IMG/VR virus record: IMGVR_UViG_3300049171_000040
Location: 36,075 to 100,074 of that record
Strand: one strand, 5' to 3'
Source of the DNA: a virus
DNA length: 64,000 nucleotides
In this document: positions 20,675-30,275 of the stretch, one piece after another
Layout: every line of letters starts with the position of its first letter
How positions within the stretch are numbered: the stretch's first letter is position 1
Position numbers and translations under genes: made by a program
Notes under the pieces: generated by a model
What the model saw: only the letters and a program-made list of their open reading frames with translations
What the model was told of the DNA's origin: nothing
Databases searched by the model: none

Positions 20675-21127
20675 GTGAACGGCAAGCGATGGGTCCTGGA
20701 GATCCACAGCCCCGACCAGATCGTCTCCTTCAACAGCCTCGGCCTCCCGGCGGAAGGGTGGGTGTGGCAGGACGGCTGGCTCGTTCACCAGCCCGGCGAC
20801 TACGAGCCGCAGTGCAGCACACAGGCGCTCGCCGACCAGATCAACAACGTGATCGCCGCTGGCGTGTTCCCCGTGGACGTGCCCTACAAGAGCGGCCAGG
20901 GGCGCGAGGAGATCGACCTCGGCGAGGAGGAGAGCGGACCGCCCGTCCTGTCGAGCGTGCAGCGTGACGCCCTGTCCCGCATCGTCGGTTACGCCTTGGC
21001 CGGCTACGGCGTCGGCGAGGACCGGGCCGCCCACGTGAGGGCCGAGTTCGAGTCCTGCGTGGACGGGTGGCTTGGCGGCTCGTTCACCCCGCCCGCCGAG
21101 ATCCCCACGGGCGGTGAGTCCCGGTGA
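20675..21127 (+). CDS. Hypothetical protein
   Basis: Coupled ORF. Confidence 0.55.
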   Translation: MNGKRWVLEIHSPDQIVSFNSLGLPAEGWVWQDGWLVHQPGDYEPQCSTQALADQINNVIAAGVFPVDVPYKSGQGREEIDLGEEESGPPVLSSVQRDALSRIVGYALAGYGVGEDRAAHVRAEFESCVDGWLGGSFTPPAEIPTGGESR

Positions 21128-21423
21128 GCCGACTGACCGACTCCGAGAGAGGCGACCTCGCCGGTCTCGCCGCCGAGATGCAGGCCATGCGCCCCGACTT
21201 GCTGGCGGTTCAGCGTCACGCCGCCCGCGGGTTCGCCGACCTGCTGCGTCTCGAACTGCCCGACGTGGACGACGTCACGCTGGGGCGGGTCCTGTTGCAG
21301 GTCGGCATGTATCTGGGGCGGGCCGCGGCGAGTGAGGAGATGAGCGATGCGTCGGATCTGCTGGTCATCTCCGCTATCGACATGACCTCTCTGGAGCGGG
21401 ACGCATCCGGGGGTGGGTCGTGA
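21124..21423 (+). CDS. Hypothetical protein
   Basis: Coupled ORF. Confidence 0.55.
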   Translation: MSRLTDSERGDLAGLAAEMQAMRPDLLAVQRHAARGFADLLRLELPDVDDVTLGRVLLQVGMYLGRAAASEEMSDASDLLVISAIDMTSLERDASGGGS

Positions 21424-21767
21424 CGACGCTTCTGATCGTTCTCGGCTGCATCGTCGCCTACTTCACCATCGGCTGGTGGATCGCCAAGCGAGACATGCCT
21501 CGCTCATGGGAAGAGGCCCGACGCGAACACCTCCCCGAAGATGAGGCGCGCAACGACGTGATGGCGATGGCGGCCTGGACCGTGTTGCTTTGGCCTCTCG
21601 TCGCACCCGCCTGGCTCATCTTCGACGCCCTGAGCTCGGCTGTGGACAAGGCCGACCCGGAGACGAAAGCCCTGGAGCTCAAGGACCGCGAGGCTGCCGT
21701 CACCGTCCGCGAGTCCGAGATTGCCCGGCTTGAGCGCGAGCTTGGAATCACCCACACCACCACCTGA
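21420..21767 (+). CDS. Membrane protein
   Basis: Two TM segments plus coiled coil. Confidence 0.65.
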   Translation: MTTLLIVLGCIVAYFTIGWWIAKRDMPRSWEEARREHLPEDEARNDVMAMAAWTVLLWPLVAPAWLIFDALSSAVDKADPETKALELKDREAAVTVRESEIARLERELGITHTTT

Positions 21768-21838
21768 CCTGTCCTCTTCGCGCTTCCCCTCGGGGGAGGG
21801 AGCGCCCCCACTACAACCGATCAAGGAGAACCGCACCG

Positions 21839-22288
21839 ATGAGCACCAACCCGTACCCGTCCGCAATCTCCGGCTCCGGAGCACTCACCGCCAAGTCGGC
21901 GAACCAGCTCCGCACCCTCCTCCAACAGACCGAAGGGGAGCGGGTCCGTATCGCCGCCGACCGCGCCCAGATGATCCGCCAGATCGGCGAACTGTCCGCC
22001 GAGGTCGACTCCACAGAGACCGTCCTCGCCGAGCTTGAAGGGACCGCCGACCGGTACCGGCTCCGGCTGGCCGGCGCGGTGTCGCTGCTGCCGGGAGAGA
22101 CGGTCACCGCGACGCTGCACGGCTCGCAGGGCGACCCGTCTGAGCACGCCGGTGTGTACGGCGGCCCGGAAGTGCCCCGCGTCCTGTCGTCGGTGTTCGA
22201 GCCCGGTTTGAAGCCGGATCAGGAGGCCGCCGCGCAGCGTTTCGACGCGGCGCACGACGCGTTAGCCGCCGAGGAGCCGAACTCGTGA
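21839..22288 (+). CDS. Hypothetical coiled-coil protein
   Basis: RBS aaggag. Confidence 0.6.
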   Translation: MSTNPYPSAISGSGALTAKSANQLRTLLQQTEGERVRIAADRAQMIRQIGELSAEVDSTETVLAELEGTADRYRLRLAGAVSLLPGETVTATLHGSQGDPSEHAGVYGGPEVPRVLSSVFEPGLKPDQEAAAQRFDAAHDALAAEEPNS

Positions 22289-22418
22289 TCGCCGCCTTAC
22301 GCCGTCGCCCTGCCCGCCGTCTGGGAGTTCACCGGGGGATGCCCATCGGCACCTCCTGCGGGTGGTCCCGCCTTCCCGCTGTCCTCAAGCCCTACTCGTT
22401 CCGCAAGGAGACCAGCCG

Positions 22419-22841
22419 ATGAGCAACGACACGCCCGAGACCCGCGAGAAGAACTTCTACCAGCAGCAGCGCCAGAAGCTGGCCGCCGCCGTCACCGCGT
22501 GGCAGGAGGAGCCCGACGACGCCGAGAACGCGTCCTCGCAGTCGCCAAGCCCGCTCGCCAACGCCGCCGCGCTGGAGGACTGCCTCCACGACCAGGGCTT
22601 GCAGATCATGCCGAGGGCATGCGGCTATGGCAAGTACCTGGTGCTCGTGGACGGGCGGCCCGCCCTGTACCCCGGCCAGAACCGCCCGACTGGCCCGCTG
22701 GACGCCGACGAGGCCGCCGAGGTGTTCCTGGTCGAGTCGGCGAAGAGTGACGCGGTGGAGCGGCAGATCGTCATCCGGTCGGCCACGGACCTGGAAATGG
22801 TCGCCTCCGTCTTCGATCACATCACCGGCGGTGTCCTGTGA
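22419..22841 (+). CDS. Hypothetical protein
   Basis: RBS aaggag. Confidence 0.6.
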   Translation: MSNDTPETREKNFYQQQRQKLAAAVTAWQEEPDDAENASSQSPSPLANAAALEDCLHDQGLQIMPRACGYGKYLVLVDGRPALYPGQNRPTGPLDADEAAEVFLVESAKSDAVERQIVIRSATDLEMVASVFDHITGGVL

Positions 22842-23305
22842 TCACTCCTCCGAAGATCTGCGGTGTCACCTTCTACACGGCTGGCGGCGCGTGCCCGTTC
22901 CAGGCCGAAGGAACCATCGACGGGGCCGAGTTCTACTTCCGCTACCGCCGTGGTCACGCGACGCTCTCCGCTTCCGACAAGACGGTAGGCGAGTCGTTCG
23001 GGGACGCCTTGGACGGCTTCCTCGACGACGCCGAGTTCGCGGCCCTGTTCACCCGCCTTGCTGCCGCGTGGCGCGTTGAGGCTTCCCGACCCGTCGTCGA
23101 GGGCGAGCAGACCCCGGTCGTCCTGGACAGGGACCGCTACACCGCAGACGTGACGGCTCTGATCAACCGCTTCGCCAAGGCGTTGGCCGGTTCTATCCGT
23201 GAGGACTACCCGATCCACCTCGCGAGGCTTCGCGGGTCGCTGCTGGATCTGGGCGACGGGCCCGCTCTAGCTGACCAGGCGGAGAGCGAGGCCACCAATG
23301 GCTGA
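22838..23305 (+). CDS. Hypothetical protein
   Basis: ACPFQAEGTIDG..FYFRYR. Confidence 0.6.
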   Translation: MITPPKICGVTFYTAGGACPFQAEGTIDGAEFYFRYRRGHATLSASDKTVGESFGDALDGFLDDAEFAALFTRLAAAWRVEASRPVVEGEQTPVVLDRDRYTADVTALINRFAKALAGSIREDYPIHLARLRGSLLDLGDGPALADQAESEATNG

Positions 23306-23528
23306 TCCGTGGATCGACCTGTCCCACCTGCCCGAGGTGCTGAGTCGGGCCGACGTAGCGGCGCTGTTCGGCGTCGATCCGGCGACGGTGACCCGCTGGG
23401 CGGATGGCGGACGGCTCGACTCGTTCCGCACGCCGGGCGGTCACCGCCGGTTCTGGCGGGACGCGATCTCGGCAGCCATCCAGAGAGACCACGTTCCTGC
23501 CAAGCGGGAGAGCGAGGCCGGCCGATGA
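23298..23528 (+). CDS. BldC-like MerR-type HTH protein
   Basis: VLSRADVAALFGVDPATVTRWADGGRLDSFRTPGGHRRF closely follows the BldC pattern. Confidence 0.85.
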   Translation: MADPWIDLSHLPEVLSRADVAALFGVDPATVTRWADGGRLDSFRTPGGHRRFWRDAISAAIQRDHVPAKRESEAGR

Positions 23529-23956
23529 GCCCTGATCCCATGACCACGGAGGAACTGGAGGCGTTCCGCGAGACCGCCCCGGACCACGTAGGCGGTGAGC
23601 TCTGGTCGCTGCTCGACTGGTCGTTCTGGGGCGCTGGGATGGCCGACGTGTTCCGGGAGCCTCTCGCGGACGTGATGCTCGCCGCGATCCCGGTCAACGT
23701 CCGAGTGCACGCCGAGGCGATCATGGCCGACTTCATCAAGCGGCGCGGCATCGACAAGACGGGCGTCACGGTCTACCAGGAGCAGCGCGCAGAGGTGGAA
23801 CTCCTCCGCACCGAACTGTCCACGCTGCGCAGTGCCACGGTCGCTCTGGCCCGCGCGGCGGACACCACCAGCGATGGTCTGGGCGTATGTGAAGCCCTCG
23901 GCGCTCTCCCAGAGGACGTGCGGCGCGAGGCGTTCAGGGAGGCCCGCCGTGGCTGA
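23525..23956 (+). CDS. Hypothetical protein
   Basis: Coupled ORF. Confidence 0.55.
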   Translation: MSPDPMTTEELEAFRETAPDHVGGELWSLLDWSFWGAGMADVFREPLADVMLAAIPVNVRVHAEAIMADFIKRRGIDKTGVTVYQEQRAEVELLRTELSTLRSATVALARAADTTSDGLGVCEALGALPEDVRREAFREARRG

Positions 23957-24350
23957 GCCTGTCGACCGCATCACCGAGATCCGGCAGCGTCGAATCCCCC
24001 TGGGCCCGGACGCGATCTGGACACTGACACGCGACCGCGATGCCCTGCTGGCCGAGGTGGACCGCCTCACGGCCGAACTGACGACCGCTGAGGGGCAGCG
24101 CGACGACCACCGCAAGGCGCTCAAGCGCATGGGCGCCGAGGTGGCCCGCCTTCAGGACGCCCTCGTCGGAGACGGGCTCGCCATCGCCGACCTTGAGCGG
24201 GAGCGGGGCGCACTCGCGGTCCGGGCCGCCGACCTTCAGTGCGTGGCCGACGCTGCCCGCGCCGTCGTGGACGCCGTCCAGTTCGACACCTCACCTGAGA
24301 TGTCCGCCCTGCGCGGGCTCCTCGCCACCACACGCAAGGAGGGCTCGTGA
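23949..24350 (+). CDS. Hypothetical coiled-coil protein
   Basis: ALLAEVDRL motif. Confidence 0.55.
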   Translation: MAEPVDRITEIRQRRIPLGPDAIWTLTRDRDALLAEVDRLTAELTTAEGQRDDHRKALKRMGAEVARLQDALVGDGLAIADLERERGALAVRAADLQCVADAARAVVDAVQFDTSPEMSALRGLLATTRKEGS

Positions 24351-24802
24351 AGGACCTCAAAGCCACGCTCGCGCGCTGGCAGGACCAAGCACACCAGTAC
24401 GTGCTCCCCCTCGCCGCGACGATCGTCGTCTGCCTCGTCATCGCCTGCTTCGCCATCGGCGGCATGATCGCGTTCGTCGGCGGCGCCGTCCTCATCGGCG
24501 TCGGTATCGCTCTCGGCGTGGTCACCACGCTGAAGGCCACCGAGACGAAACAGCTAGAGATGGCAGCCGAGAACAAGCGGCTCGCCGAGAACAACGCCGC
24601 CCTGACGCAGACCAACCACAGGCTCCGCGAGGTGGAGGAGGTGGCAGCCCGCAACGCGAAGGGCGCCGACTCCCGCGCCCTCGGCTACCACATGGCCATC
24701 GCCGACTTCGCGCAGGAGATGCGCCTGCAGCCGGCCGTCCCGCCGATGGTCGCTGACCGTCTCCTGTCGCTGCTGCCTGGGGAGGTGTCGGCAGATGCCT
24801 GA
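24347..24802 (+). CDS. Membrane protein with coiled coil
   Basis: Two TM segments. Confidence 0.6.
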   Translation: MKDLKATLARWQDQAHQYVLPLAATIVVCLVIACFAIGGMIAFVGGAVLIGVGIALGVVTTLKATETKQLEMAAENKRLAENNAALTQTNHRLREVEEVAARNAKGADSRALGYHMAIADFAQEMRLQPAVPPMVADRLLSLLPGEVSADA

Positions 24803-24991
24803 GCTGCATGAGCTGCTGATCGGAGCCGCTGTCGTCGCCGCCTTCCTGGTGGCATGGGCGGCCCATCGCCTGACCCGTGTACGCCGCTCACAGAGGTTCG
24901 TGAACGGCCTGCCCCGTCCGCCTCGCGTGTACGAGGCGGGATGCCAGAGCCGCACCGAGGCCCTGCTCGACGACGCCTGGGACGGCGACCA

Positions 24992-25807
24992 GTGACCGAG
25001 CACCACCCGCAGATCCCCGCCGCGCCCGTGGTGGGCGCGGCGGGAACCACCACCCCCGACATCTGTGCAACTCCGGGGTGCACAGCCGTCGCTGCGACGC
25101 GTGGCCTATGCGAGTCCGACTACCGCAAAAAGGTCCGCATGGGCATCTACCGGTGGGTTGACCCCAGCGATGCACGTGCTCACATCCAGCGACTCCGAGA
25201 CCTTGGATGGACGTGGGAGCAGATCGCCGACGCGGCTGGCCTATCGACGGGCGTGGCACACTGCATCGCCGCAGGAGCCACAAAGCACGTGCGTGTCGAG
25301 TCTGCTGCGGCGCTCCTCGCTGTCGAGCCCAAGCCGGTGGACTCCCAGAGGGGCATCGACCCGACCGGTACCCGCCGCCGTGTTCAGGCACTCGCATGGA
25401 TGGGGTGGAGCGCGGAGGAGGTCGCCCGCCGGGCTGGCACCACCCGGCCGACGCTGGCCACGTTGATCCTCCCGTCGCGGCGGATCTCCGTTGCCCTGGC
25501 GCGGCGGGTAGCGCGTGTGTACGCCGAACTGTGCATGACGCCCGGCCCGTCCAAGGTCGCGGCGGGCAGAGCGCGGTCGCTCGGGTTCGCTCCACCACTG
25601 GCATGGGACGACACGATCGACGACCCGGCCGCAACACCCGATCTTGGCGAGAAGGCATCCCGCACGTCGGCGCTGGCCGAGAACGCCGCCGAGTTGGTTG
25701 ACGGGCAGGGCTACACGGTCGAGCAAGCCGCGGAACGGCTCGGCGTGCGGGCTGACTATCTGCGGACCGTCCGGCGGATGGCGCGCCGTGAGGCGGTGGC
25801 GTCGTGA
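24992..25807 (+). CDS. Multi-HTH DNA-binding phage protein (paralog 1)
   Basis: WTWEQIADAAGLS; DPTGTRRRVQAL; PPLAWDD.IDDP. Confidence 0.7.
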   Translation: MTEHHPQIPAAPVVGAAGTTTPDICATPGCTAVAATRGLCESDYRKKVRMGIYRWVDPSDARAHIQRLRDLGWTWEQIADAAGLSTGVAHCIAAGATKHVRVESAAALLAVEPKPVDSQRGIDPTGTRRRVQALAWMGWSAEEVARRAGTTRPTLATLILPSRRISVALARRVARVYAELCMTPGPSKVAAGRARSLGFAPPLAWDDTIDDPAATPDLGEKASRTSALAENAAELVDGQGYTVEQAAERLGVRADYLRTVRRMARREAVAS

Positions 25808-26178
25808 CCGAGCCCCGCACGTGGACCATCGCGCTGCCCGCAGGGATGGAACTCCTCAACGCCAACCAGCGGCTCCACTGGGCGCCCAAGGCCCGCATCA
25901 CCAAGACGATCCGGGACGCGGCGCACATCCTCACCCGTCAGGCCAAGGTCCCGCGGCTGGAGTCCGCCCGGATCGTGTGCGTGTACGAGCCCAACGACCA
26001 GCGCAGGCGCGACCGCTCGAACTGGCACCCATCCGCGAAAGCGGCTGTCGATGGCGTCGTGGACGCCGGCGTGCTGGCCGATGACTCCGATCGGTATCTC
26101 GACGGGCCCCACATCAAGATCGGCGAAGTCCACCCGCGGGGCCGCCTTGTCCTGCACATCACGGAGGTGACGCCGTGA
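25804..26178 (+). CDS. RusA-like Holliday junction resolvase
   Basis: NANQR.HW, RRRD.SN..PS.KA..DG.VDAGV..DDS. Confidence 0.8.
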   Translation: MTEPRTWTIALPAGMELLNANQRLHWAPKARITKTIRDAAHILTRQAKVPRLESARIVCVYEPNDQRRRDRSNWHPSAKAAVDGVVDAGVLADDSDRYLDGPHIKIGEVHPRGRLVLHITEVTP

Positions 26179-26846
26179 CCCGCGAGCACGGCTACGCCGC
26201 CTACCGGATCGACGGATGCCGCTGCTACGCATGCGCCTTCGCGGTCAGCGAATACAACGCCCGCCGTGACCGTGCCATCGCGTACGGCACATGGAACCCA
26301 TGGGTCTCAGTCGAGCCGGTGCGCGAGCACATCCAGCTCCTGCGGTCGTGCGGTATGGGCCTGCGCGCGATCGCCGAGGACGCGGGAACGTCACGGCAGC
26401 AGTTGCAGATCCTGGTCAGCGGCAAGGCCGGGCGGTCACCCCAGTCGAAGATGCGGCCCGCAGCGGCGGCGGCGATCCTCGCTGTTGAGCCCGCACCGCG
26501 GCGCATGGATGCGACTGGGACGCGGCGTCGCCTGCAAGCGCTGGTTGCGGTCGGCTGGACCCTTACCAAGATCGGCGAACAGGCGGGTTGGTCGCACGGG
26601 AACGTGTCGGTGCTGCTGCGCGCCGAACGCGTGTTCGTGGCGACCGAGCGAACCGTACGAGACCTGTACGACGCCCTGTGGAACCAGGTCCCGCCGGGCG
26701 ATTCACCTCAAGGCCGGTACGCCTCGGATCAGTCGCGCCAGCTCGCCGAACGCGAGGGCTGGCCGCCGCCTATGGCATGGGACGACGACGACATTGACGA
26801 CCCGGCCGCGAAGCCGCGGGGCCAGCGCACGGAGGTGGCGGCATGA
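26175..26846 (+). CDS. Multi-HTH phage protein (paralog 2)
   Basis: HG...Y...CRC..C; DATGTRRRLQAL; PPMAWDDDDIDDP. Confidence 0.7.
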   Translation: MTREHGYAAYRIDGCRCYACAFAVSEYNARRDRAIAYGTWNPWVSVEPVREHIQLLRSCGMGLRAIAEDAGTSRQQLQILVSGKAGRSPQSKMRPAAAAAILAVEPAPRRMDATGTRRRLQALVAVGWTLTKIGEQAGWSHGNVSVLLRAERVFVATERTVRDLYDALWNQVPPGDSPQGRYASDQSRQLAEREGWPPPMAWDDDDIDDPAAKPRGQRTEVAA

Positions 26847-26991
26847 CCGCCCTCCCTCCCTGCTGCCAGACCGCCGCGAACGCGGGCGACGTTGCCGCTC
26901 TGGACCACGCCGCCGTCTGCGAAGCCGAGGAGCCGCAGACGAGCCTGTTCGACCTTGCCTCACCTAAGCCCCAAGAAGGGCGCCCTCAGCT

Positions 26992-27822
26992 ATGAGCAAC
27001 CTCAACGTTTTCAGCTTCGGCGGTGGCCGCCAGTCCATCGCCGCTCTGGTCCTCCAGGCGCAGGGCAAACTCCCGATCGACTTCGACGTGTGGCTGTTCT
27101 CCAACGTCGGCGACGACTCCGAGCACCCCGGCACCATCGCCTACTTCCACGACGTGGCCGTGCCGTACGCGGAGAAGCATGGGATCGACCTGCGGATGCT
27201 CCGCAAGGTCGGCCGCGACGGTGAGGTGAAAACCCTCTACGGGGAGCTGAACCGGCCCGAGTCCCGCTCGATCGGCATCCCGGTCCGCATGGAAGGCAAC
27301 GCGGCGCCGGGCAACCGGAACTGCACCGGCCTATTCAAGATCGACGTGATCGGTAAGTGGGTCAAGCAGCAAGGCGCGACCGCCGAGACCCCCGCCACCA
27401 TCGGCGTTGGCATCAGCCTCGACGAGATCCACCGCATCAACAGCCGCAAGGCAGCGGCGCACGAACGCCCCGTGTACCCGCTGATCGACCTGCGGCTCCG
27501 CCTCACCGACTGCCTACGCATCATCCGCGAGGCCGGGCTGCCGCTCCCGCCGAAGTCGTCTTGCTGGTTCTGTCCGTTCCACACCCCGGAGAACTGGCAG
27601 GACATGCGACGCGACGACCCCGACCTGTTCGAGAAGGCCGCCGACCTGGAGGACATGCTCAGCGTGCGCCGGGCCGGGCTCGGCAAGGACCGCGTCTACC
27701 TGACCCGATACGGCGCCGAGCACAGCCTTCCACTCCGGGAGGTCATCCCTGCTGGCCGTGACCTGCTGCCGCTTTTGGGCGATGAGGACGGGCTCTGTGA
27801 CAACGGGTGGTGCATGACGTGA
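26992..27822 (+). CDS. PAPS-reductase-like PP-loop protein
   Basis: SFGGG.QS, EHP.T, CT...KI, PPKSSCWFCPF. Confidence 0.8.
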   Translation: MSNLNVFSFGGGRQSIAALVLQAQGKLPIDFDVWLFSNVGDDSEHPGTIAYFHDVAVPYAEKHGIDLRMLRKVGRDGEVKTLYGELNRPESRSIGIPVRMEGNAAPGNRNCTGLFKIDVIGKWVKQQGATAETPATIGVGISLDEIHRINSRKAAAHERPVYPLIDLRLRLTDCLRIIREAGLPLPPKSSCWFCPFHTPENWQDMRRDDPDLFEKAADLEDMLSVRRAGLGKDRVYLTRYGAEHSLPLREVIPAGRDLLPLLGDEDGLCDNGWCMT

Positions 27823-27871
27823 TGACCCCGCCTTTCCTTCCCGCCACTCCCGAGAGAGGGCCGCAACTCTG

Positions 27872-28903
27872 ATGACCCGCATAGACCTGACCACCCGCGA
27901 ACTGCACGAGCTGGTCGCCCCGGTGCTGCCGCACGCCAGCACCGACAAGGAACTCCCCGAGCTGGGTGTGATCCGCCTCGAAGCGCTCGGCAGTGTCGTG
28001 TACGCCGTCGCGACGGACCGCTACACGATGGCCGCCACCCGGCACCGCATCTTCGATGACGTCGACGACGTGACCATCTCCATCGACCGTTCCGACGCCG
28101 CGGCGATGCTGAAGCTGTTCAAGTACACCAAGGACGAAGACCCTCAGCTGAGACTGATCATCGACAAGGTTCCAATCCCGGTGCATGACCGCGGCGGTTC
28201 GGTGAACGGGCTCGGGCTGACGGTGCAGTCGGAGGACGGCAACAAGCTGATCCTGCACGGCCACGCGGACGAGGTGCTGGCGGCGTGGAGGAAGCGGCTG
28301 GGCGGGATCATCCACCGCGAGCAGACGCCTGCCAGCCCGGCCCTGTTCCTCACCCCGTCGTACCTGCCCAGGTGGACGAAAGCGGCGCGGAAGGGTGAGC
28401 GCCTGTCGGTGTTCATCGGACCCGGCCCGACCGACCCGATCGTGATCCGTGTCGAGGACCACTTCATCGGCGTGTGGATGCCCGCCGGCCACCTGGACGC
28501 GGGCGAGGACCTGCTGTCCGACAGCCCGTGGTGCCGCGAGCTGCCTCCCGCCGTCGAGGACACGCCTTGGGAGGAGGACGTGCTCCAGACGCCCGCCGCG
28601 GCCGACCCGGTGGATGACCCGCGGGAAGGTGCTGACTGGTTCCGCGCCCTGGTGATCGAAGCCGCCGAGTTGGTCATCTCCACGCAGCTCGGATCCAGGT
28701 CGATGGTCGTGCGCAAACTCCGGGTCGGCATGGATATCGCGGAGCGGCTGCTGTCAACGCTGGAAGGAGCCGGAGTGGTCGGGCCCGCTGAAGGGTCCAA
28801 GGCTCGCGACGTGCTGTTCACGCCGGATCAGGTTGACGACGTGGTGGCCGCGCTGAAGAACGGCGAGATGGCACCAGGAGCCGACACAGGGGTGACCAAG
28901 TGA
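27872..28903 (+). CDS. Beta-clamp-like domain fused to FtsK-gamma winged helix
   Basis: N-term HASTDKELPELG...AVATDRY; C-term AAELVISTQLGS.SM..RKLRVG...GVVGPAEGSKARDVL. Confidence 0.75.
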   Translation: MTRIDLTTRELHELVAPVLPHASTDKELPELGVIRLEALGSVVYAVATDRYTMAATRHRIFDDVDDVTISIDRSDAAAMLKLFKYTKDEDPQLRLIIDKVPIPVHDRGGSVNGLGLTVQSEDGNKLILHGHADEVLAAWRKRLGGIIHREQTPASPALFLTPSYLPRWTKAARKGERLSVFIGPGPTDPIVIRVEDHFIGVWMPAGHLDAGEDLLSDSPWCRELPPAVEDTPWEEDVLQTPAAADPVDDPREGADWFRALVIEAAELVISTQLGSRSMVVRKLRVGMDIAERLLSTLEGAGVVGPAEGSKARDVLFTPDQVDDVVAALKNGEMAPGADTGVTK

Positions 28904-29388
28904 CGATCCCCGAGCCTGAAGTGCGAGTCACCCGCTACGAGGTGTCGTGCCTACCGGAAGGGCACGAGATGGCCCGCCACATGACGATCGCCGTTGAGCA
29001 CCGAGGTCGCGGCACGTGGGCAGTGACGGACGCCCCGTACTGCCTCGGCAGCGACGGCGAATGGGGCTACGAGATGCGTCCGTCCGAGCGTGAGGACGAG
29101 TGGCTGGCCACACACCGGTTCGACCTTGACGACGCTCTGGCGCTGGCGAAGCGGGAGGCGCCGCTCATGGTGGTCAACGGGTGGACCGTCCCACAGATCC
29201 TCGCCGACATCGCTGCCCGTGCGGGAGCCGACACCGGGGAGACCACCGACGTCGCCCGCGAGGGTCTCACCTCTACAGAGGCAGGGGCCGGGATCGCCTT
29301 GAGCAGCGCATCGGATGAATCCACCGGCCCGCTGGCAGATGAGCCCGGTACCGGCAAGACGACCGGGGAGACCTCCGATGCCCGCTGA
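28900..29388 (+). CDS. Hypothetical phage protein
   Basis: W.YE.RPSEREDEWL..HRF.L..AL. Confidence 0.65.
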   Translation: MTIPEPEVRVTRYEVSCLPEGHEMARHMTIAVEHRGRGTWAVTDAPYCLGSDGEWGYEMRPSEREDEWLATHRFDLDDALALAKREAPLMVVNGWTVPQILADIAARAGADTGETTDVAREGLTSTEAGAGIALSSASDESTGPLADEPGTGKTTGETSDAR

Positions 29389-29550
29389 CACCTCCCTCGC
29401 CGAGCGTTTCGCCCGACACGCCGCCTGTCTGGACCGAGCCGCCAGTGATCCCGAAGCGACACCTGACGTGGCAGACCTTCTCCGCGTTGGAGCGGCTGCC
29501 GCTCGTGTCGCGTCCGTTCTTTCCGTCCCGATCGAGGAGGCGAACCGCTG

Positions 29551-29880
29551 ATGAGTGGTACCCGAGGGATCGTCCGTCACCGCCCCATCCTCCGTATCAG
29601 CGGAGAGACGTGGGCATGGCAGCAAGAAGCGGCTTGCCGAGGTGAGGACCTCATGCTGTTCTTCGCCGCGGACGGTGAGCGCCAGCCCGAGAGGGACAAG
29701 CGGGAGGCGAGGGCCAAACTCGTGTGCGCCGAGTGCCCCGTGCGCATGGAGTGCGGCGATTACGCGCTGAGCAGGCCAGAGAAGTACGGCCTATGGGCCG
29801 GCCTAAGCGAGGAGGAGCGGGCTCGCGTACGTCGCCGGAACCAGCGCAAGGCCGCCGCGGCGGGGATCGGGGCCGTGTGA
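29551..29880 (+). CDS. WhiB-family transcription factor
   Basis: WQ..AAC...FF...AK.VC..CPV..EC...GLWAG...ER. Confidence 0.92.
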   Translation: MSGTRGIVRHRPILRISGETWAWQQEAACRGEDLMLFFAADGERQPERDKREARAKLVCAECPVRMECGDYALSRPEKYGLWAGLSEEERARVRRRNQRKAAAAGIGAV

Positions 29881-30275
29881 TGGCGCTCCCCAAGGGCGCA
29901 CTCGAAGACCCCACTCACCTCGCGTCGTTCGCTCTGGCCGAGCCCGACGTCGCGGAGATGTCCGACTGCCATTGGTTCGTTCGGCGCCTCGCCAACCGGC
30001 ACAACTGCACCCGCCGCGACGTCGCCGACCCGCCCTGTGCTCACCCGCAGCACGCCGAGGATGTGGCCGCCGCCCGGCAGGCAATGATCGTCCTCGGCCT
30101 CGTTGAGGACGCCCCCACGAAGCAGTGCAGCGCATGCAAGGCCGTGAAGAGCATCGACGACTTCGCCTACTTCAACGCCGGCCTCGGAGGACGGCACGCC
30201 GCGTGCAGGGCGTGCCGCCAGCAGTCGGGCAGGGACCGGCGGGCCGCGGCACGGCGCCAGACTGGAGGTGTGTGA
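29880..30275 (+). CDS. Hypothetical protein with C-terminal Zn ribbon
   Basis: KQCSAC..K..DDF...CRAC. Confidence 0.55.
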   Translation: MALPKGALEDPTHLASFALAEPDVAEMSDCHWFVRRLANRHNCTRRDVADPPCAHPQHAEDVAAARQAMIVLGLVEDAPTKQCSACKAVKSIDDFAYFNAGLGGRHAACRACRQQSGRDRRAAARRQTGGV

